Shown here one piece after another: positions 1 to 16,253 of a stretch of 64,000 nucleotides of DNA; position 1 is the first letter of the stretch, and the number at the start of each line of letters is the position of its first letter. This DNA comes from the human T2T-CHM13v2.0 reference genome, Homo sapiens. The translations under genes and the position numbers were made by a program. The stretch lies in the NCBI GenBank assembly GCA_009914755.4, contig CP068257.2, positions 23,936,001 through 24,000,000 of the forward strand, given 5' to 3'. A model generated the notes under the pieces. That model saw only the letters and a program-made list of their open reading frames with translations. It had not been told where the DNA came from and made no database searches.

Positions 1-1307
1 TAATGAGACAGCCACAAATGTCACTGCCATCCCATCTCACCCTTTCACCTGTGCTGCAAGGCTTCAACAATCATACCCAGTCTCCACTTAGGAAAATTCT
101 GTCCTTTCTCAAATGCTGGCCACTCAGCAATGTGCTCCCTTAATCCAGGCCAAGCACACAGTAAAAGAACTCCAAAAAGGGTTACAGCCAAAAGTGATCT
201 TTCTCCTCCATACTCCCAAAGCAGATTATAGCTCCTCCATAAACGTGCTTCGCATTGTGCCCCACGTTTGGTTTGTTACTTGTGTATACATTATCGTCTC
301 TTCTAGATTGAGCTTCTGTAGGAAAGGAGAATCCTTTTCAATTTTTTGGTATTACACCCAGCTCAGGACCTTGCTCAGTTGCTTAAATTGAATGAGAAAA
401 TGTATCCAAGTACCCACTGATGTTGGAAATTCAACTTGTTCCAATATTGAGGACTGCCTATACCTGGCATATGCGTGTCCCAATTTGAGAAATTGTTTTT
501 CAAGTTGACTTGTATGGATTCCTTACAGATGCTCAAGCATCAGTTTGGTTTTCCCTAAATCCTGCAGATCAGGAAGGCAGTATCCATGTTTGCTTTAAGA
601 AATTTCATTACTATAAATATATGAAATATTATAAATATAAAAATTCATATATTATAAATATATGAAATTTTGTCTGCAGAATTTTTTTCTCAACAGGCAA
701 TCCTGACATAATAACCAATTTTGAGATGCTTCAAAAATAACACTGCAGTAGTAGCCACTCCTAAAACAAAATATTTCCCCTTTCCTTCAATATATGTAAT
801 CACATATGACATATAAAATCTGCTTATTGGATAAATTTATCTTTAAAAGACTATCTATATTTATTAAAAGTTAAAATACATATACTCTTTGACCTGGAAT
901 CAAGTACAACAATGTATTTTACAGAGCTACCAGCACACGTGTGGAATTATATATGTACAAGGCTACTAACTGAAGTATTAGTATAGTAACAAAAATTAAA
1001 AATCAACCATAAATAGGGAATAAATAATGGTACACCTATGAATGAAATACTAACTTCTAAAACACAAAGTAAAAAGAAAGGGAAAATAAGGAAAACTGGA
1101 TTAATCCAACATATGACAGGAAAGGAGAAAAAAATAATGCAAAGAAATGATAATCACAGTAAAGTGAATACAAATTAAAATTTATCTACTAAAAGACAGT
1201 AATTCAAAGACTAGATTTAAAAGGAAAATAAGTTTTATGCTATTTACAAAAGACAGACTTAAAACCTAACAACATAAAAATGCTGAAAGTAATATACCAG
1301 GTAAACA

Positions 1308-1340
<33 letters not shown>
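1308..1340. repeat. Pure poly(A) tract, 33 nt
   Basis: ct a33 ctag, embedded in A-rich L1-like sequence. Confidence 0.9.
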
Positions 1341-1343
<3 letters not shown>

Positions 1344-1540
1344 AGTATTAACAATAGAACCTGATTTTCTAAAAAATAGATTAAGAAAACTAGATTAAAG
1401 GAGAAAATCATTATTACTGAGATAGAGAGGATCATTACTTAAATGATAAAAAGAAGCAATTTATCAGCACGTTTAAAAATCCCAAACCAGAATACACAGT
1501 GCTAACAAAATCATCTTAAAATAAAATAAGCAAATGCTGA

Positions 1541-2032
<492 letters not shown>

Positions 2033-2150
2033 AGACAAAACAGATTTTAAGACAACTAAGAAGTTAACAAGCTGACCCTACAATAAGCATGAAAATTTTG
2101 AAAAAGAATAGGAAAGGAGAACTCACCATAAGAGAAATTGAAACTTGTTA

Positions 2151-2582
<432 letters not shown>

Positions 2583-2893
2583 GAGTAGACAGGAAATAAA
2601 TGGTCCAGAATAACTGCCTATCCTTGTGGAGGAGAGGGTGATTCAAAATTAGGTCCCTTTCCTCACTCTATATGCAAAAAACAAACTTCAAATAAATTAT
2701 ACAATTAAATGTGAAAATCAAGACTTTAAAATAAACAATGCAGTAGGCTGCTTTATAATATCAAGTTAGGGAAGGCTTTCTTAAATTTCATAAACATAAA
2801 TCATAGAGGAAAAGATGAACTGTCTACCTTAAAATTAAAGACGATATAAACAAAATTAAAAGGTAAGCCAGACAAAAGAAATATTTGTAGTGA

Positions 2894-3214
<321 letters not shown>

Positions 3215-3249
3215 CACAAGGGTTTCACTTTCTAAAAATATAAAGAACT

Positions 3250-3555
3250 GGCCAGGTGCAATGGCTCACACTTGTAATCCTAGCACTTTGGGAGGGCAAG
3301 GAGAGCAGATCGCTAGAGGCCAGAAGCTGGAGAACAGCCTGGCCAACATGGTGAAACCCCATCTCTACTTTAAAAATATAAAAATTAGTTGGGTGTGGTG
3401 GCACTTGCCTATAATCCCAGCTACTTGGCTACTCAGGAGGCCGAGGCAGGGGAATCGCTTGAATCCAGTAGGCAGAGGCTGCAGTGAGCCAAGATCATGC
3501 CACTGCACTACAGCTTGGGCAACAGAGTGAGACCTGGTCTCAAAAAAAAAAAAAA
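3250..3555 (+). mobile_element. Alu (sense)
   Basis: Begins ggccaggtgcaatggctcac and ends with an A tail running into the (TA)n repeat. Confidence 0.95.
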
Positions 3556-3585
3556 TTATATATATATATTATATATATACACTAT

Positions 3586-3637
<52 letters not shown>
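3556..3637. repeat. Compound microsatellite (TA)n(CA)n
   Basis: tatatatatattatatatatac followed by (ac)17. Confidence 0.95.
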
Positions 3638-3638
<1 letters not shown>

Positions 3639-4829
3639 TTAATATGAGATGCCCAAAAATCCAATTGTAAAAAGGGGCAAAGGTTGTAAACTGGTAATTC
3701 ATAAAAACAAATGAAGAGATGCTTATTGGTACTATATGCTCAGTATTAAGCAAATTAAATGAGATAGGATCGTGCATATTCAACCAACAAAATATCTGAA
3801 TGTCTGAAAATAATAAATGTTAATGAGGGAGTGGAGAAAATGGGAATGCTCATACTGCTGATAGAGAGTAAACTGGTACAACTATTGTGGCAGCCAATTA
3901 ATATTTAGTAAAGCTGAAGATGCATGGTCCACTGTGGTACAGGCCCTGGAGATATTATCAAATGTGTACACAAAGAAACACGCACAAGGATATTTTCTGC
4001 GATACTGTAATACTCAAAAGCCAATGACATCCTCAGTGGTCATCAATAAGAAAATGAATTAATGATGGGATTAATCATATAATGAAATACTATATAGCAG
4101 TTGAAATGAATGTACTCTTTACATGTATCAACATGCTATACATAAAAAACAATGATGAGCAATAAAAGCAAATTGCAAAAGGATATATATTATGAAACCA
4201 ATTATGTTTAGTTTTAAAACACAGAGAATACTATGGATTGTAGTAAAAAAATATATAAAATCATGAAGAGTAAGGACAGGTACAAACAGGATAGTGGTTC
4301 TTCTTGAGAGGAAGGAAATGACATAACAAGACCTTCAATGGATGTGCAGCTTTTCCTTTATTTAAACACAAAAGGATCTGAAGTAAATAAGGAAAAAGGT
4401 TGACAGTGGTTACAATTAAATAGTGGCTGTATGTCAACACTCTTGGTTACAAACAACAGGATCTACACTAGCTAGTTTAAACAAACAGAATAAAATGGCT
4501 CACAAGTCACAGGCGTGGAGGTCAGGACTACGGAGCCCCCAAAAATGCCCATTTTTATACCTTGGAGCAGCTGCGGGGGAAAAACTGCTAAGCAAAGCCT
4601 CCACACCTTGCACCATTACATGGGACCTCTGCCACTGCTGCCTTGAAAACCACATCACTGCTCCGTTCAACAAAATGTATCTCATACTACTCTTGTCTGC
4701 AAAGTACTTGCTTCCAGATTTCACACAGTTATGTCTAATTGGTGAGCCCATGCTACCTGTCTGAGCCACAGCTGCAAGGAAGGGCAGGAGATTAAATTTC
4801 ATTCTTCTACTGGGTAAGGCGAGATCCAC

Positions 4830-6420
4830 AGAGTGGGAAGTTGCCAAAAAGCAGGTGTTCAAACAGTGCTAGCTGCCCAAAAAGCACGAAAAGTGCCCAC
4901 TCAAACAAGAGTTGGTGAAAATATTCTCTCTACTTTTCTGTATGCTCAAATATTTCACAATTTTTTTAAAGAAAAAATGTCGAAGTATGTAAATTCACAA
5001 ACAACAAAGGGAATGGAAAAAAAATCAATAAACAAGAGACGTCAACCAAATTCTAAAAGACAAAAAGCTAAGTGACTAATAAAACACTAGAGAATGTCAC
5101 CACCTAGAAAACATGTGGAGGAAGTTCCATCAGAGGCAGCCAACCGGCCCAGCTGGGCCTTAGCTCAGAGGCAGCAAAAGTTCATAGATGATAGAAGACA
5201 GTAGAGGGATTAGTTAAATCTAAACTAATTAAAAAGAAAGGAATTAATTAAAGGTCTGTATACAAACTGGTTGAACACTACCCCATCTTCAAATATAGAA
5301 GGGCCTAAATCCAGGAAGTGCCCCATGCAAAATATTGAAGGGATCTTTATTATAAAGTAAGTGAAAGAACAGTCTGGGTAAAACTAGGATAGTCAATTTA
5401 GAAATCGGTAGCCAAGACAAGACCTCTTCATTCTAGCATTTTAAAAACCCTCATCCTACCAGCCAGATTTACCTACTTATCCTTAGTGATGCTTATGAGA
5501 AGCCAAACCTTCCTCAAACCACAGAGCTGCCAGTCAACCTCCCTACATCCACATCTTCAACTACAAACTGACAGCCAACAAACGTAAGACATTTGAAAAA
5601 AGCCTGAAACATGTAGATGAAAGACTAAGAAAAAAATCTGTCACTGGAGAAAAGAGATGATTCAGGGACTAGAAAGTGAATGAAGAAATGAATAAAAATT
5701 ATATTGATATCTTCAGAGAGCTTCATGAAAATACTTCACATCCAGAAAACATGAAAAGGATTCTATGAAACAGAAGCAAAAGAGAGCTTTCAGAAATTAA
5801 AATATGCTTGACATAATGTGAGTAAAATATAAATGCAGGAAAAATAATAGAGAAAGGGAAAAAAATACAGAGGACCAATACAGACGATGCAAATACAGCT
5901 GAAAGGTATTAGAGAAACAAAGAACCTCCAGAGAAAAGAAAGAACAAATAAAGTAAAAAAACATAAAAGAGAGATGTCAAAAATTGAAAGGATCGCCTAC
6001 GTACCAAGCAGAATAACTGACTGAAGACCTAGATACAGGTACAGGATTGTCGAATTTTACAACACCAAGAATAATAAGATCCTAAGTGTCCAGAGTGTGT
6101 TGAGAGAAGGGGATGCAGAGAACAGGTTATATAAAAAAGGAACAAGAATCAGACTGGCATCAGACCTTTCATTAGCAAAATCAGATGCCAGAAAATAACT
6201 GAGCTGCTTTCAAAGTTCTAAGAGAAAACTACTTTTCAATCTAGAATTCTGTATCTAGCTGAATAGTTCATCAAATGTAAGCGCATAACCCACTTTAGAC
6301 ATGCAATGGCTCACCTCTTAGACATTTTTTCCTAGAAAGGAGCTTAGAGACAAATGCTAGCAAAATGAGAAAGTTAATCAAGAAACAGGAAGATATGGAC
6401 TCTAAGAAAAAGTTGACCTC
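4830..6420 (+). mobile_element. Ancient L1 fragment (ORF1 / inter-ORF region)
   Basis: Similar to the L1 ORF1 C-terminal region (for example cagatgccagaaaataactgagctgctttcaaagttctaagagaaaactacttttcaatctagaattc). It is A/G-rich and ends in a short A-run at 6425-6445. Confidence 0.5.
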
Positions 6421-6529
6421 ACCCAGAAAAAAAAAAAAAAAAATACGGCCTTCAGAGGAAGCCTGTGCACAAGATGCAGAAAACTTGCTGACAAAGAAGC
6501 AGAAACTTTTTGGCAAAATATTTTTGTAA

Positions 6530-6720
6530 GACTGATAACCAAGGCTTACTCAAGGTGTGGGGAAACAGGCACTCTTAGACAGTTATTGGGAGTAACACTT
6601 GGCAAAACCTTTGGGAAGCCAGCATCTGGTAGCACCTGACAGTAATTCCACTGCCAGAAATCTATTTCTACAGAATTATTTATACGTGAGGCAACATAGA
6701 GTAGAACATAAGAGCATGTG
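6530..6720 (+). mobile_element. L1 ORF2 3'-region fragment
   Basis: tggcaaaacctttgggaagccagcatctggtagcacctgacagtaattccactgccagaaatctatttc resembles the L1 segment tggaaaacagtttggcagttcc...ccagcaattccactcctaggtatataccc. Confidence 0.4.
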
Positions 6721-7233
6721 AGTGAAACTACCTCCGTTCAAATTCCCACTTTACCACTTTCAAGCTCTATGCTGTTTCCTCATTTAAAAAATAGAAACAT
6801 CTTCTCAACAGGTCACTATGAGGATTATAGAAAAGGTTCCACACGTGATGGGCTTCGCACAAGACCCAGCACATGATAAATACTCAGTTAATATTACTTA
6901 TCTACAAACATTTGCCATTTTTGCACAAGGATGTTTACTGTGCCACTGTTCGGCAAAAAACGCAAGCAAGTATAGTATGGTCCTATTTATGTTTTTTAGA
7001 AATTACATTTATATTTGTATGTATCTGCCTAGATCTGTAGGAAAAAATAGAGAAAACATGCTAAAGTGTTGCATCCATGGAGCAGGAAGGGAGTGACCTG
7101 TTTTTGTACAGTTTTTACTTAAGCAACATGAAGTGTTTCATACTTTAGAGAAAAGAAAAAGTAAAGATCACTATCAATCTTGGGGAGAAAGGGTTAATCT
7201 GTATAAGCACACACAAACATTATATTTAAAACA

Positions 7234-7244
7234 TTTATTTTATT
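7234..7244 (-). terminator. MRPL39: Tandem poly(A) signals AATAAAATAAA for the MRPL39 short 3'UTR. Cleavage is expected about 15-25 nt further 3', near plus 7205-7220.
   Basis: Reverse complement of plus tttattttatt, located 27-37 nt after the stop codon on the minus strand. Confidence 0.6.
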
Positions 7245-7270
7245 ATACATATTTAAATTTTAGAAAGTTA

Positions 7271-7318
7271 TTAGGTAGATGTACATTCCTCTGTTGCTTT
7301 ACTTTGATCTTCAGTTAC
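7271..7318 (-). CDS. MRPL39: MRPL39 exon 10, coding part (last 15 codons plus stop)
   Basis: Acceptor tttttacag. It encodes VTEDQSKATEECTST and the stop TAA is plus 7271-7273. Summing the ten exons gives 338 aa, matching the MRPL39 isoform length I remember. Confidence 0.8.
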   Translation of the reverse strand, partial: VTEDQSKATEECTST

Positions 7319-9592
7319 CTGTAAAAACATGAATAGCTTTACTTTCCTAATAAACACTTTCAGTTTTACCCTTCACCCACCATTTTAAATCATTCCACAG
7401 CCCTCTTATAATGACCCTTTATCTTTCCCCTTAAATAGTAGAATAGAAAGTTAGGTAAGAAGAAAGATTTAAAGGCCAAGTAACCAATATAAATTATCAG
7501 GTAAAGAACAATAATTCCATTCAAAAATATAATCTAAGGCATATTATACCTAGGCTTCTCAAGTTGGCCATTTTACTTTTCAGCCGTAAAACAAAATCAT
7601 TAGTGTAAGAAAAAACACCTGAAGTGCTGTAACAAGCTATTTTAAATCAGTTTATTTTCTTTTGGAGTATAATTCCATTTAGAATAGAACATATTACAGA
7701 TTTAGTCTAAATAGATATCTCTATGTCCCTATTTCTATTCTGTGTCACTCAGACTCATCAAACAGACATGGCTAAATCTGAATTCAACACCCCAAAACCT
7801 GTCCTACCTGCATCATCTATCTTGGTAAAGGGCTCCACCCAGATACCTAAGGACAGCATTCAAGAATTCACTCTCTTCTTCCTACCTGCATATTCCATCA
7901 ACAGTCCTACTAATTCAGCCTAAGTTAACTCTCACAGTCATTCTCCCTATCGCGGCTGAACTTTAGGACCTCATTCTCTTCTATCCCCCTAACAGAACTC
8001 TTGGCTTAAGTCACAGCTATATCCCATGCTACCCCTAGAATGAGCTTTTAAACAAGAATAGCTGATCAACAGGTCACTTCCCTACTCAAAATTCTCCAGT
8101 TACTCTCTAGCATCTCAGTGGGGTGGAGGAGGAAAGTCAGGAATGCAAGTTCCACAACACGGGACACAAGCCCCTCATATTCTGTTTTTGGACTGACTCT
8201 TTACCTATCCTACATGTGACCTGTACATTCAAATTCATCTTACATTCATCATGTTCTCTATGTAGGCAAGTGACTTCCTCTGAGATAACCTCCAACCCAT
8301 TTTCCAACAGATTATCTGCATGGTCCACTTTTATTCACCCTTTAAAATCAGCTTAAGAGACTCCAATTCCTGGAAGCCTTCCTTAAGCAACTCCCCAGCT
8401 TGGTCTGAGTCCTCTTCTTTATGCCAGAGCCCCACATGTACACCTGAACTGTCTGCTTATAAGTCTAATTATCCAATCAACATTACTTCCCTGAGGCAGC
8501 AAGTAAATTTTGTGCATTTTTTTGTACCTCCAGACCATAACAGTACCTGGCACACAATAAACAATCAGTAAGTCTGTGTTGCATCAATGAACCACGTTTA
8601 ATCTAATCCCTTCAGAAAAGCAAAATGGACAGTAGAAAAAAGCAACTAAACCAGAATAAATGTTTGAAAAAATATGTATTGACTAACATCACTAGATATT
8701 CTAGGTAAGACACTGTCTCTGCCGTTTTTCTACATTTTTCATTCCTTTAAAGTGTTCAGTTACTACTGCTTCTTTAATTTTCCAAACTATTTCTTTAATA
8801 TTCTTTAGCTTTTTAAATTTTTTTTAATTTTACTTAACTCCAAGTAAACATGCTGAACATTTTTTCTTTAGTTTCTTCATCTAAAATGATCACTGTGACC
8901 AACTAAAAAGAGAAAATTACTCCATCCATTCAAAGGTAATTTCTTCTCATGAGAAAAAAAATTATATAACCCTTACTCAAGAACATTATGGTGAAGTCCC
9001 TAAACAATAATTCCTATCTACATAGTCATTAATAAAGACTAGGTTTATATATCATTATGAAAAATTGTCAATAAATATTTCTTGGGTAACCCCTTCATGT
9101 GCTAATGTTGTGTTCAAAATTTGGGCTTACACAAATATAACAAATCCTGAAAGGCTTAACAGACAGAAAATAAATGTACTGGCAAAGAAAACAATCAAAA
9201 AATAGTATGTGGACATATACAATCAAGCACAAACTTATATGAATAATTATTTGTTAGAGATTACTCTGAGACTGTTCCATGGAGGAGGTACGACTCAGGC
9301 GAGGTAGTGAAGAATGACTGCGTAGTAAATAGAAGGAGAATGGGAAATGGAGTCTAGAAAGAAAAACTATCATGAAGAAATAAGCAAACTTGAAAATAAG
9401 TTTAATGTGTGATGCTTAATGTGCCTGCAAGCTTAACCAGGGTTTGTGGCATTGTGGGAAATTAGGATAAGGAGGAAGTCCTAATGAGGACAGATTACAC
9501 AGGACAGCTATCAGATAACCTAAGTAAAAGAGGCACACTTAGCCTATGAAATAGGAAACAGGAATAGTTGTGGTCAAGAAATACAATCACCC

Positions 9593-9925
<333 letters not shown>

Positions 9926-10397
9926 CTAATGACAAAGAATAAACTACAAAAACACAAACATTCAAATCTGGTTTTTCAGGACATTAGGATATTTGCACAT
10001 TTACTGTTAATGGCTAAAGGCGGCTTTAAAATACACCTGACAAATCTTAATCCTCTAAATATTCATTAAGTTTACAAAATAAATCCTAAGACCTAACTGA
10101 TACCATTACAACTATTAAGAACTATTACTATTACATAGTAATATTCTTATTTCTCTTCAAGTTCTACAATATCATTTTCACGATATTAACAAATAAAATC
10201 AAAAGAGAACTGCCAAGTTACAACTTTACCCTTACCAACACACTAGTGAACAATCACAACACTGCTTTGACTATTGAGACAACTTACTTTTTTCCTTTCT
10301 CTTTGTTTCTTTCATTTTTCCCCCCTTTGGTTGTTACTGGTTAATTTTGATGAATTTCTTTATAGAAGAGTACTCAATAGCTGTCAAAAACACTTAC

Positions 10398-10445
10398 CAT
10401 TTTCCGAGATCTTTCCAATAGCTTATCCCATATTGTAAAATGTGC
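10398..10445 (-). CDS. MRPL39: MRPL39 exon 9
   Basis: Acceptor ttttcttttcaag. It encodes AHFTIWDKLLERSRKM in 48 nt, phase 0, followed by donor GTAAGT. Confidence 0.8.
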
Positions 10446-10983
10446 CTTGAAAAGAAAAGATTTGCGATGAACTAAATGAAGCAGTAATGTCAAAGTAAAA
10501 AGGACAGAGTCTTTATATAGCTTTTAGAACAAAATAAATAAAAAGCTAGGCAGTACTAATTTAGATAAGTGGTTATAAAAGTGGATCATAGTAGCAAAAA
10601 AAGGTGCTACATGGGGATAGCTGCTTTTTTGCTTTCTTCAATCGCATGAACCCGGGAGGCAGAGGTTGCAGTGAGCATTTAAGAAAAAAACGCTTAAGGA
10701 TTGAACGTGCCCTTCTTTCACTTTTGCCCATCTTAATCATTTCCATCATAGAAAGCATTTCTTCTAATAGGAAGCAAAAATCTGCCCTACTTTCCCATAG
10801 ACTGTGGTTCAATCCTTAAACAGCCAGTTTCAACATTCTAGAAGTCATTCTTCAAATCATAAGCAATCACAAGAAGACAGTCATTAAAAACCAACTGTGA
10901 CATCTTCACACTGAAATGGCAGAAGCAGAGGATTCATCAAGTTACCCTAAAGAATAAGTAAAACCTAACAAAGACAATAGTAA

Positions 10984-11146
<163 letters not shown>

Positions 11147-11849
11147 TAACAACCTCCTGTAGCAGAGGATTATCAGAATGCATTAAAGAAAACTGTGCAA
11201 AGTGTATCATGACCACATCAATTTTATTAGGTCAACTGAAAGTGGTAACAAGACATATGGGCAGGCCAGTGACTACTCCACACTGAATGAGCTCATAAAA
11301 TCTATAATAAAAGGTAAAATTAATAAATATCAACATACAAACCCTTCCAGGGAAAGAGCTGACTGGTATGTTTAAAGGGAAAACCATGCCTGGACTCAGG
11401 CGGAATGAACTGCTGGTGCAGAGACCTTAAGCTGTGGCTGGAATATAGTGAGTGAGGAAAGGAGTGGTGTTAGATAAAGTCAGAGAAGCAGGCAGGGACC
11501 AGATAATGCAGGGCTTTGTGAGACAGGGTAAAGAGTTGGGATTTGTTCAAGGGAAGCCATTGGAAAGTTTGGGGCAGAGGAAGTACATAACAGATTGTGT
11601 ATTAAAAAGATCACTTTGGCTACTAAGTGGAAAATGCACTGTAGATGGCAAGAGTGAAAGCAAGGAAGGTGAGTGAAAACAAAGAGGAACTTGGATAAGG
11701 GAAGTAGTAGTAGATGAGATGTTATAAGGTGCATAGATTCAGAATATGTTTCAGAGTTAAAAGTTGAAAGGACTTGCGGATGGATGGGCTGGGGCATGGC
11801 TATGAGGGGAAAAGAGAATCAAGGATTACCTTAAACAACTAAGGAAACC

Positions 11850-12075
11850 AGGGGTATCCAATCTTTTGGCTTCCCTGGGCCACACTGGAAGAAGAATTGT
11901 CCTGGACCACACATAAAATATACTAACGCTAATGACAGCTAATGAGCTAAAAAAAAAAAAAAATCGCAAGAAAACCTCATAATGTTTTAAGAAAGTTTAC
12001 AAATTTGTGTCTCATTCAAAGCCGTCCTGGACTGCATGCAGCCCATGGGCTGTGAGTTGGACAAGCTTGAGTTAA
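11850..12075 (+). mobile_element. Non-autonomous DNA transposon fragment (hAT/MER-type); family not assigned
   Basis: ggccacactggaagaagaattgtcctggaccacacataaaatatactaac ... tgcatgcagcccatgggctgtgagttggacaagcttg matches a common human MER-class consensus I remember. Confidence 0.45.
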
Positions 12076-12229
12076 AGGATGATCCCATTTTCTGAAATTG
12101 GGAAGGCTAGGAAAGGAAGCAGGTATGTGGAGAAAAGTCAAAGTCAAATGTATAGGAGAGGTGTGCTAAATTTTACAAAATGAGAGGGATGAAAGAAGAT
12201 ATAAATAAATAAGAAGATACAGTAAGTTC

Positions 12230-13975
12230 ATAGACTGGAAACCTCAACATATTAAAGATGTCAATTCTCCCCAAACTGCTATACAGGTCTAATGGACTTA
12301 TCAGAATCTCAGGAAGACTCTGTTGACATTGAAAATATTATCCTAACATTAAATGGAAACTCAAAGAGACTAGAAGAGTTAAAACAATTTTGATTAAAAA
12401 ACAGTAACAAGGGAGGAATTACTCTACCTGATTTCACAGCCTATTTAGAGCTACAGTAATCAAGACTGGGTGGTACTGGTAGAGAGCTAAACATATGTGA
12501 TCAATGGAACAGAATAGAGGACCCAAAAATAGGCCTACATAAATATGCTCAGCTAATTTTTAACAAAGAGGCAAAAGTAACTCAGTGGAGGAAGAGTGGC
12601 CTTTTCAACGAATGGTGTTGGAGCAATCTGACATCTATAGCCCACAAAAAAAAAAACACAAAAAAACCTAAACCTAAATCTCACACTCATAGAAAAATTA
12701 ACTCAAAATGGACCACAGATTTAAACAAATGTAAAACTCTAAAACTTTTAGGAGGGAAAAAAAAAAGGAGAAAATCTTTGGGATGTAGGACTGGTCAAAG
12801 AGTTCTTAGAATTAACCCCAAAAACATAATCTATAAAAACAAAAATGTTATCAAATTTTAATAAACTAGTTTCATCAAAATTAAAAACTTCTCTGCAAAA
12901 GGCTGCTCAGAGAATGAGAAAACAAGCCACATATACAAACACAAGGTACAGACAGAAAAAGAGAGAAATCTGAAAACTACATATCTAACAAAAAACTAGT
13001 ATCTACAACATATAAAGAACTCTCAAAACTCAACTGTTAAAAAGTAAAACAATCTAATTAGAACACTAGCAAAAGACATAAACAGACATTGCACCAATGA
13101 AGATATACAGATGGCAAATAAGTACATGAAAAAATGATCAATACCATTGGTCAACAGAGAAATTCAAATTAAAACTACAATGAGAAATCACTACAAACAT
13201 ATCAGAATGACTAAAACAAAAAAAAAAAGTAGTGACAGCATCAAATGCTAGTGAGGATGTGGAAAAACTGATCACTCACACATTGCCAGTGGGAATGTAA
13301 AATGGTACCGTCACTCTGGAACACTTTGGTTGTTTCTTAAAAAACTAAACATACACTTATCATATGACCCAGCAATTGCACTCCTGGGTATTTATCCCAG
13401 AGAAATATTCACAAAAACCTGCACACAATGTCACAGCAGCTTTATTTGTAATAGCCAAAGACTGAAAATAACTCAGATGTCCTTTGATGGATGAATGGTT
13501 AAACAAACCATGATACATCCAGACCAAGTAATACTACTTAGCAATAAGAATGAATGAACTACTGATATACTCAATGTACTCGGATGAAATCTCCAGAGAA
13601 TTATACTGAGTGAAAAGTGCCAATCCCAAAAAATTACATACCGTTTGATCCCATTCATATAATATTCTTGAAGTGACAAAATTATAGAAAAGGAAAACAG
13701 ATAAGTAGTTGGCAGGGGTAAGCAGGCAGGGTAATGGGGACAACAGAGGGAAGTGGCTGTAAATGCGTGTGTCTATAAAAGGCCAACATGAGGGATCCCC
13801 GTAGTGAAGGAATTGTCCTGTATCTTCATTGTATCGCTGTCCATACCCTGGTGGTGATACTGTATTTTAGTACTGCAAGATGCTACCATTGAGGAAACCA
13901 AGTAAAGGTACATGGGATCTCTCTATGTCTTATAACCCAATTATCTCAAAATCAAAAATTTAAATAAAAAGATTA
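12230..13975 (+). mobile_element. Ancient L1 (L1M-type) ORF2 3' half plus 3'UTR
   Basis: Similar to L1 ORF2 (cagcctatttagagctacagtaatcaagactgggtggtactgg; gccagtgggaatgtaaaatggtaccgtcactctggaacac; catatgacccagcaattgcactcctgggtatttatccc) through to a 3'-terminal A-rich end. Confidence 0.75.
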
Positions 13976-14363
13976 GCAAGGGGTGGGAGCAATGTGGAAA
14001 ATGTCAGGCTTCGGGTCATGATGGATCATTAAAATTAGAGGGAAGAGCATGCCAAATTTAAGCTTAAAAGGCATTCCAGAAAGTCTTACCAATACGCACT
14101 CTAATACCCCCTCTGTCAATGTACCCTCACCTATGCTAACTTGAAATTTTTAAATGCTATGTCAATTTAATTTTTTCAACTAATGTTTCTTTTGTAATTG
14201 TATATTTACACCCTGGGCAACTTTGTTTTTAATCATAAACCTGAGTTTATAAAATATTAGTGTCACATAACTTAAGAAAAATTAAAAGTTTATATTCTTC
14301 AAACTGGTATAAAATCAAGTCCGGAATTATATCTATACCCAAATTGGAAGAACTAGAACTTTA

Positions 14364-14630
<267 letters not shown>

Positions 14631-15455
14631 TCAAGAACATTATATATGGTTCAATTCAGTTTCTAATGACCCCTGACATAATGATCTCAAGTAAAGAGGC
14701 TAAAACTTTGAAAATTAAATCAAATGAACCATTTTCTTAATTAGCATTGATATAGGTTTTAAGGTCTTTAAGAGTCACGCAACACATCATGCTATCAAGC
14801 TGATCCAATTGCCTAAAACCGATCATCTACAACCTTACAATAACCCATGTAACGAAGCTGAGAATTCAGTGTGTAGGACAGATTGTGTTCAGAAACAAAG
14901 GGCAGTTTCTAGAGGAAAAAAGTGAAGTCCAATTCATAAAAACAGGAGGTTGAGAAAATGGATCCAGGTCATGAAGTCATTTCTGCAGAATGCATTGTCT
15001 TGGGACTTGCTCCCCATGGGAGAACGTCATCATAAGCAGTGGACCTTTCTCATCCATGCGTGAGAAAGCACATTCTGGCTTAACTTACATGTATCATAAG
15101 TAATTACTAGTTAGTCAGTATTCATATGAATTACGATGTTCAATTCATCACAACGACTATCTTGCCCAGTTTCAAAACACCTAAAAATTACATTCTTAAA
15201 CAGTGGTTTTCAACTCAAAATTAAATAAAAATAGCAAACAATAAAATGAGGATTATAGAAACCACAAGTGTTCCTGAAGATAATTTAAAGCTTCCATTTA
15301 CCACCATAACAAAACAATGAACGAAGCAACCAAAAATAAGGTAATAAGAACAAAATAAGACACAAATTCATCTTTTTTGGTCATATGCTTCATTCAGATA
15401 ACAATAAAGCTAAGCCTTACTCTAACATAGCAGCCAGTTTTTAGACTTTTACTTA

Positions 15456-15557
<102 letters not shown>

Positions 15558-15813
15558 TCAAAATATGTGAAAAGGTGTTTAAAGATACCTCCCTTTCTCT
15601 TCCTCTTCAGCCATACTTTCTGAGAGTAGGTTACACTTGGAACCTCCCTTTAATCTGGCCACAGCCCCATGACTCTGCCAAACTGTTCTCAACAAAGTCA
15701 CAGACCTGCTTGGTGTCAACCCAGTGGACATTTTTTGGTCCTCATTTTCTTAATACGAATGCTCACCTCCACTTCTCAATGTGTTCTTTCTTTCCATTTT
15801 TATTTCTTTTTAC

Positions 15814-16253
<440 letters not shown>

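Noticed and set aside
598-670. AT-rich segment with the repeated motif tataaatatatgaaat, possibly a TATA-containing regulatory element
   Set aside because: It lies in a gene-poor, AT-rich repeat context with no CpG island or downstream exon. It is most simply a low-complexity AT microsatellite-like duplication.
7133-7324. 63-aa plus-strand ORF overlapping the last MRPL39 exon and 3'UTR
   Set aside because: It is antisense to a well-supported exon and AT-rich. The peptide (MFHTLEKRKSKDHY...) has no support, so it is a chance ORF.
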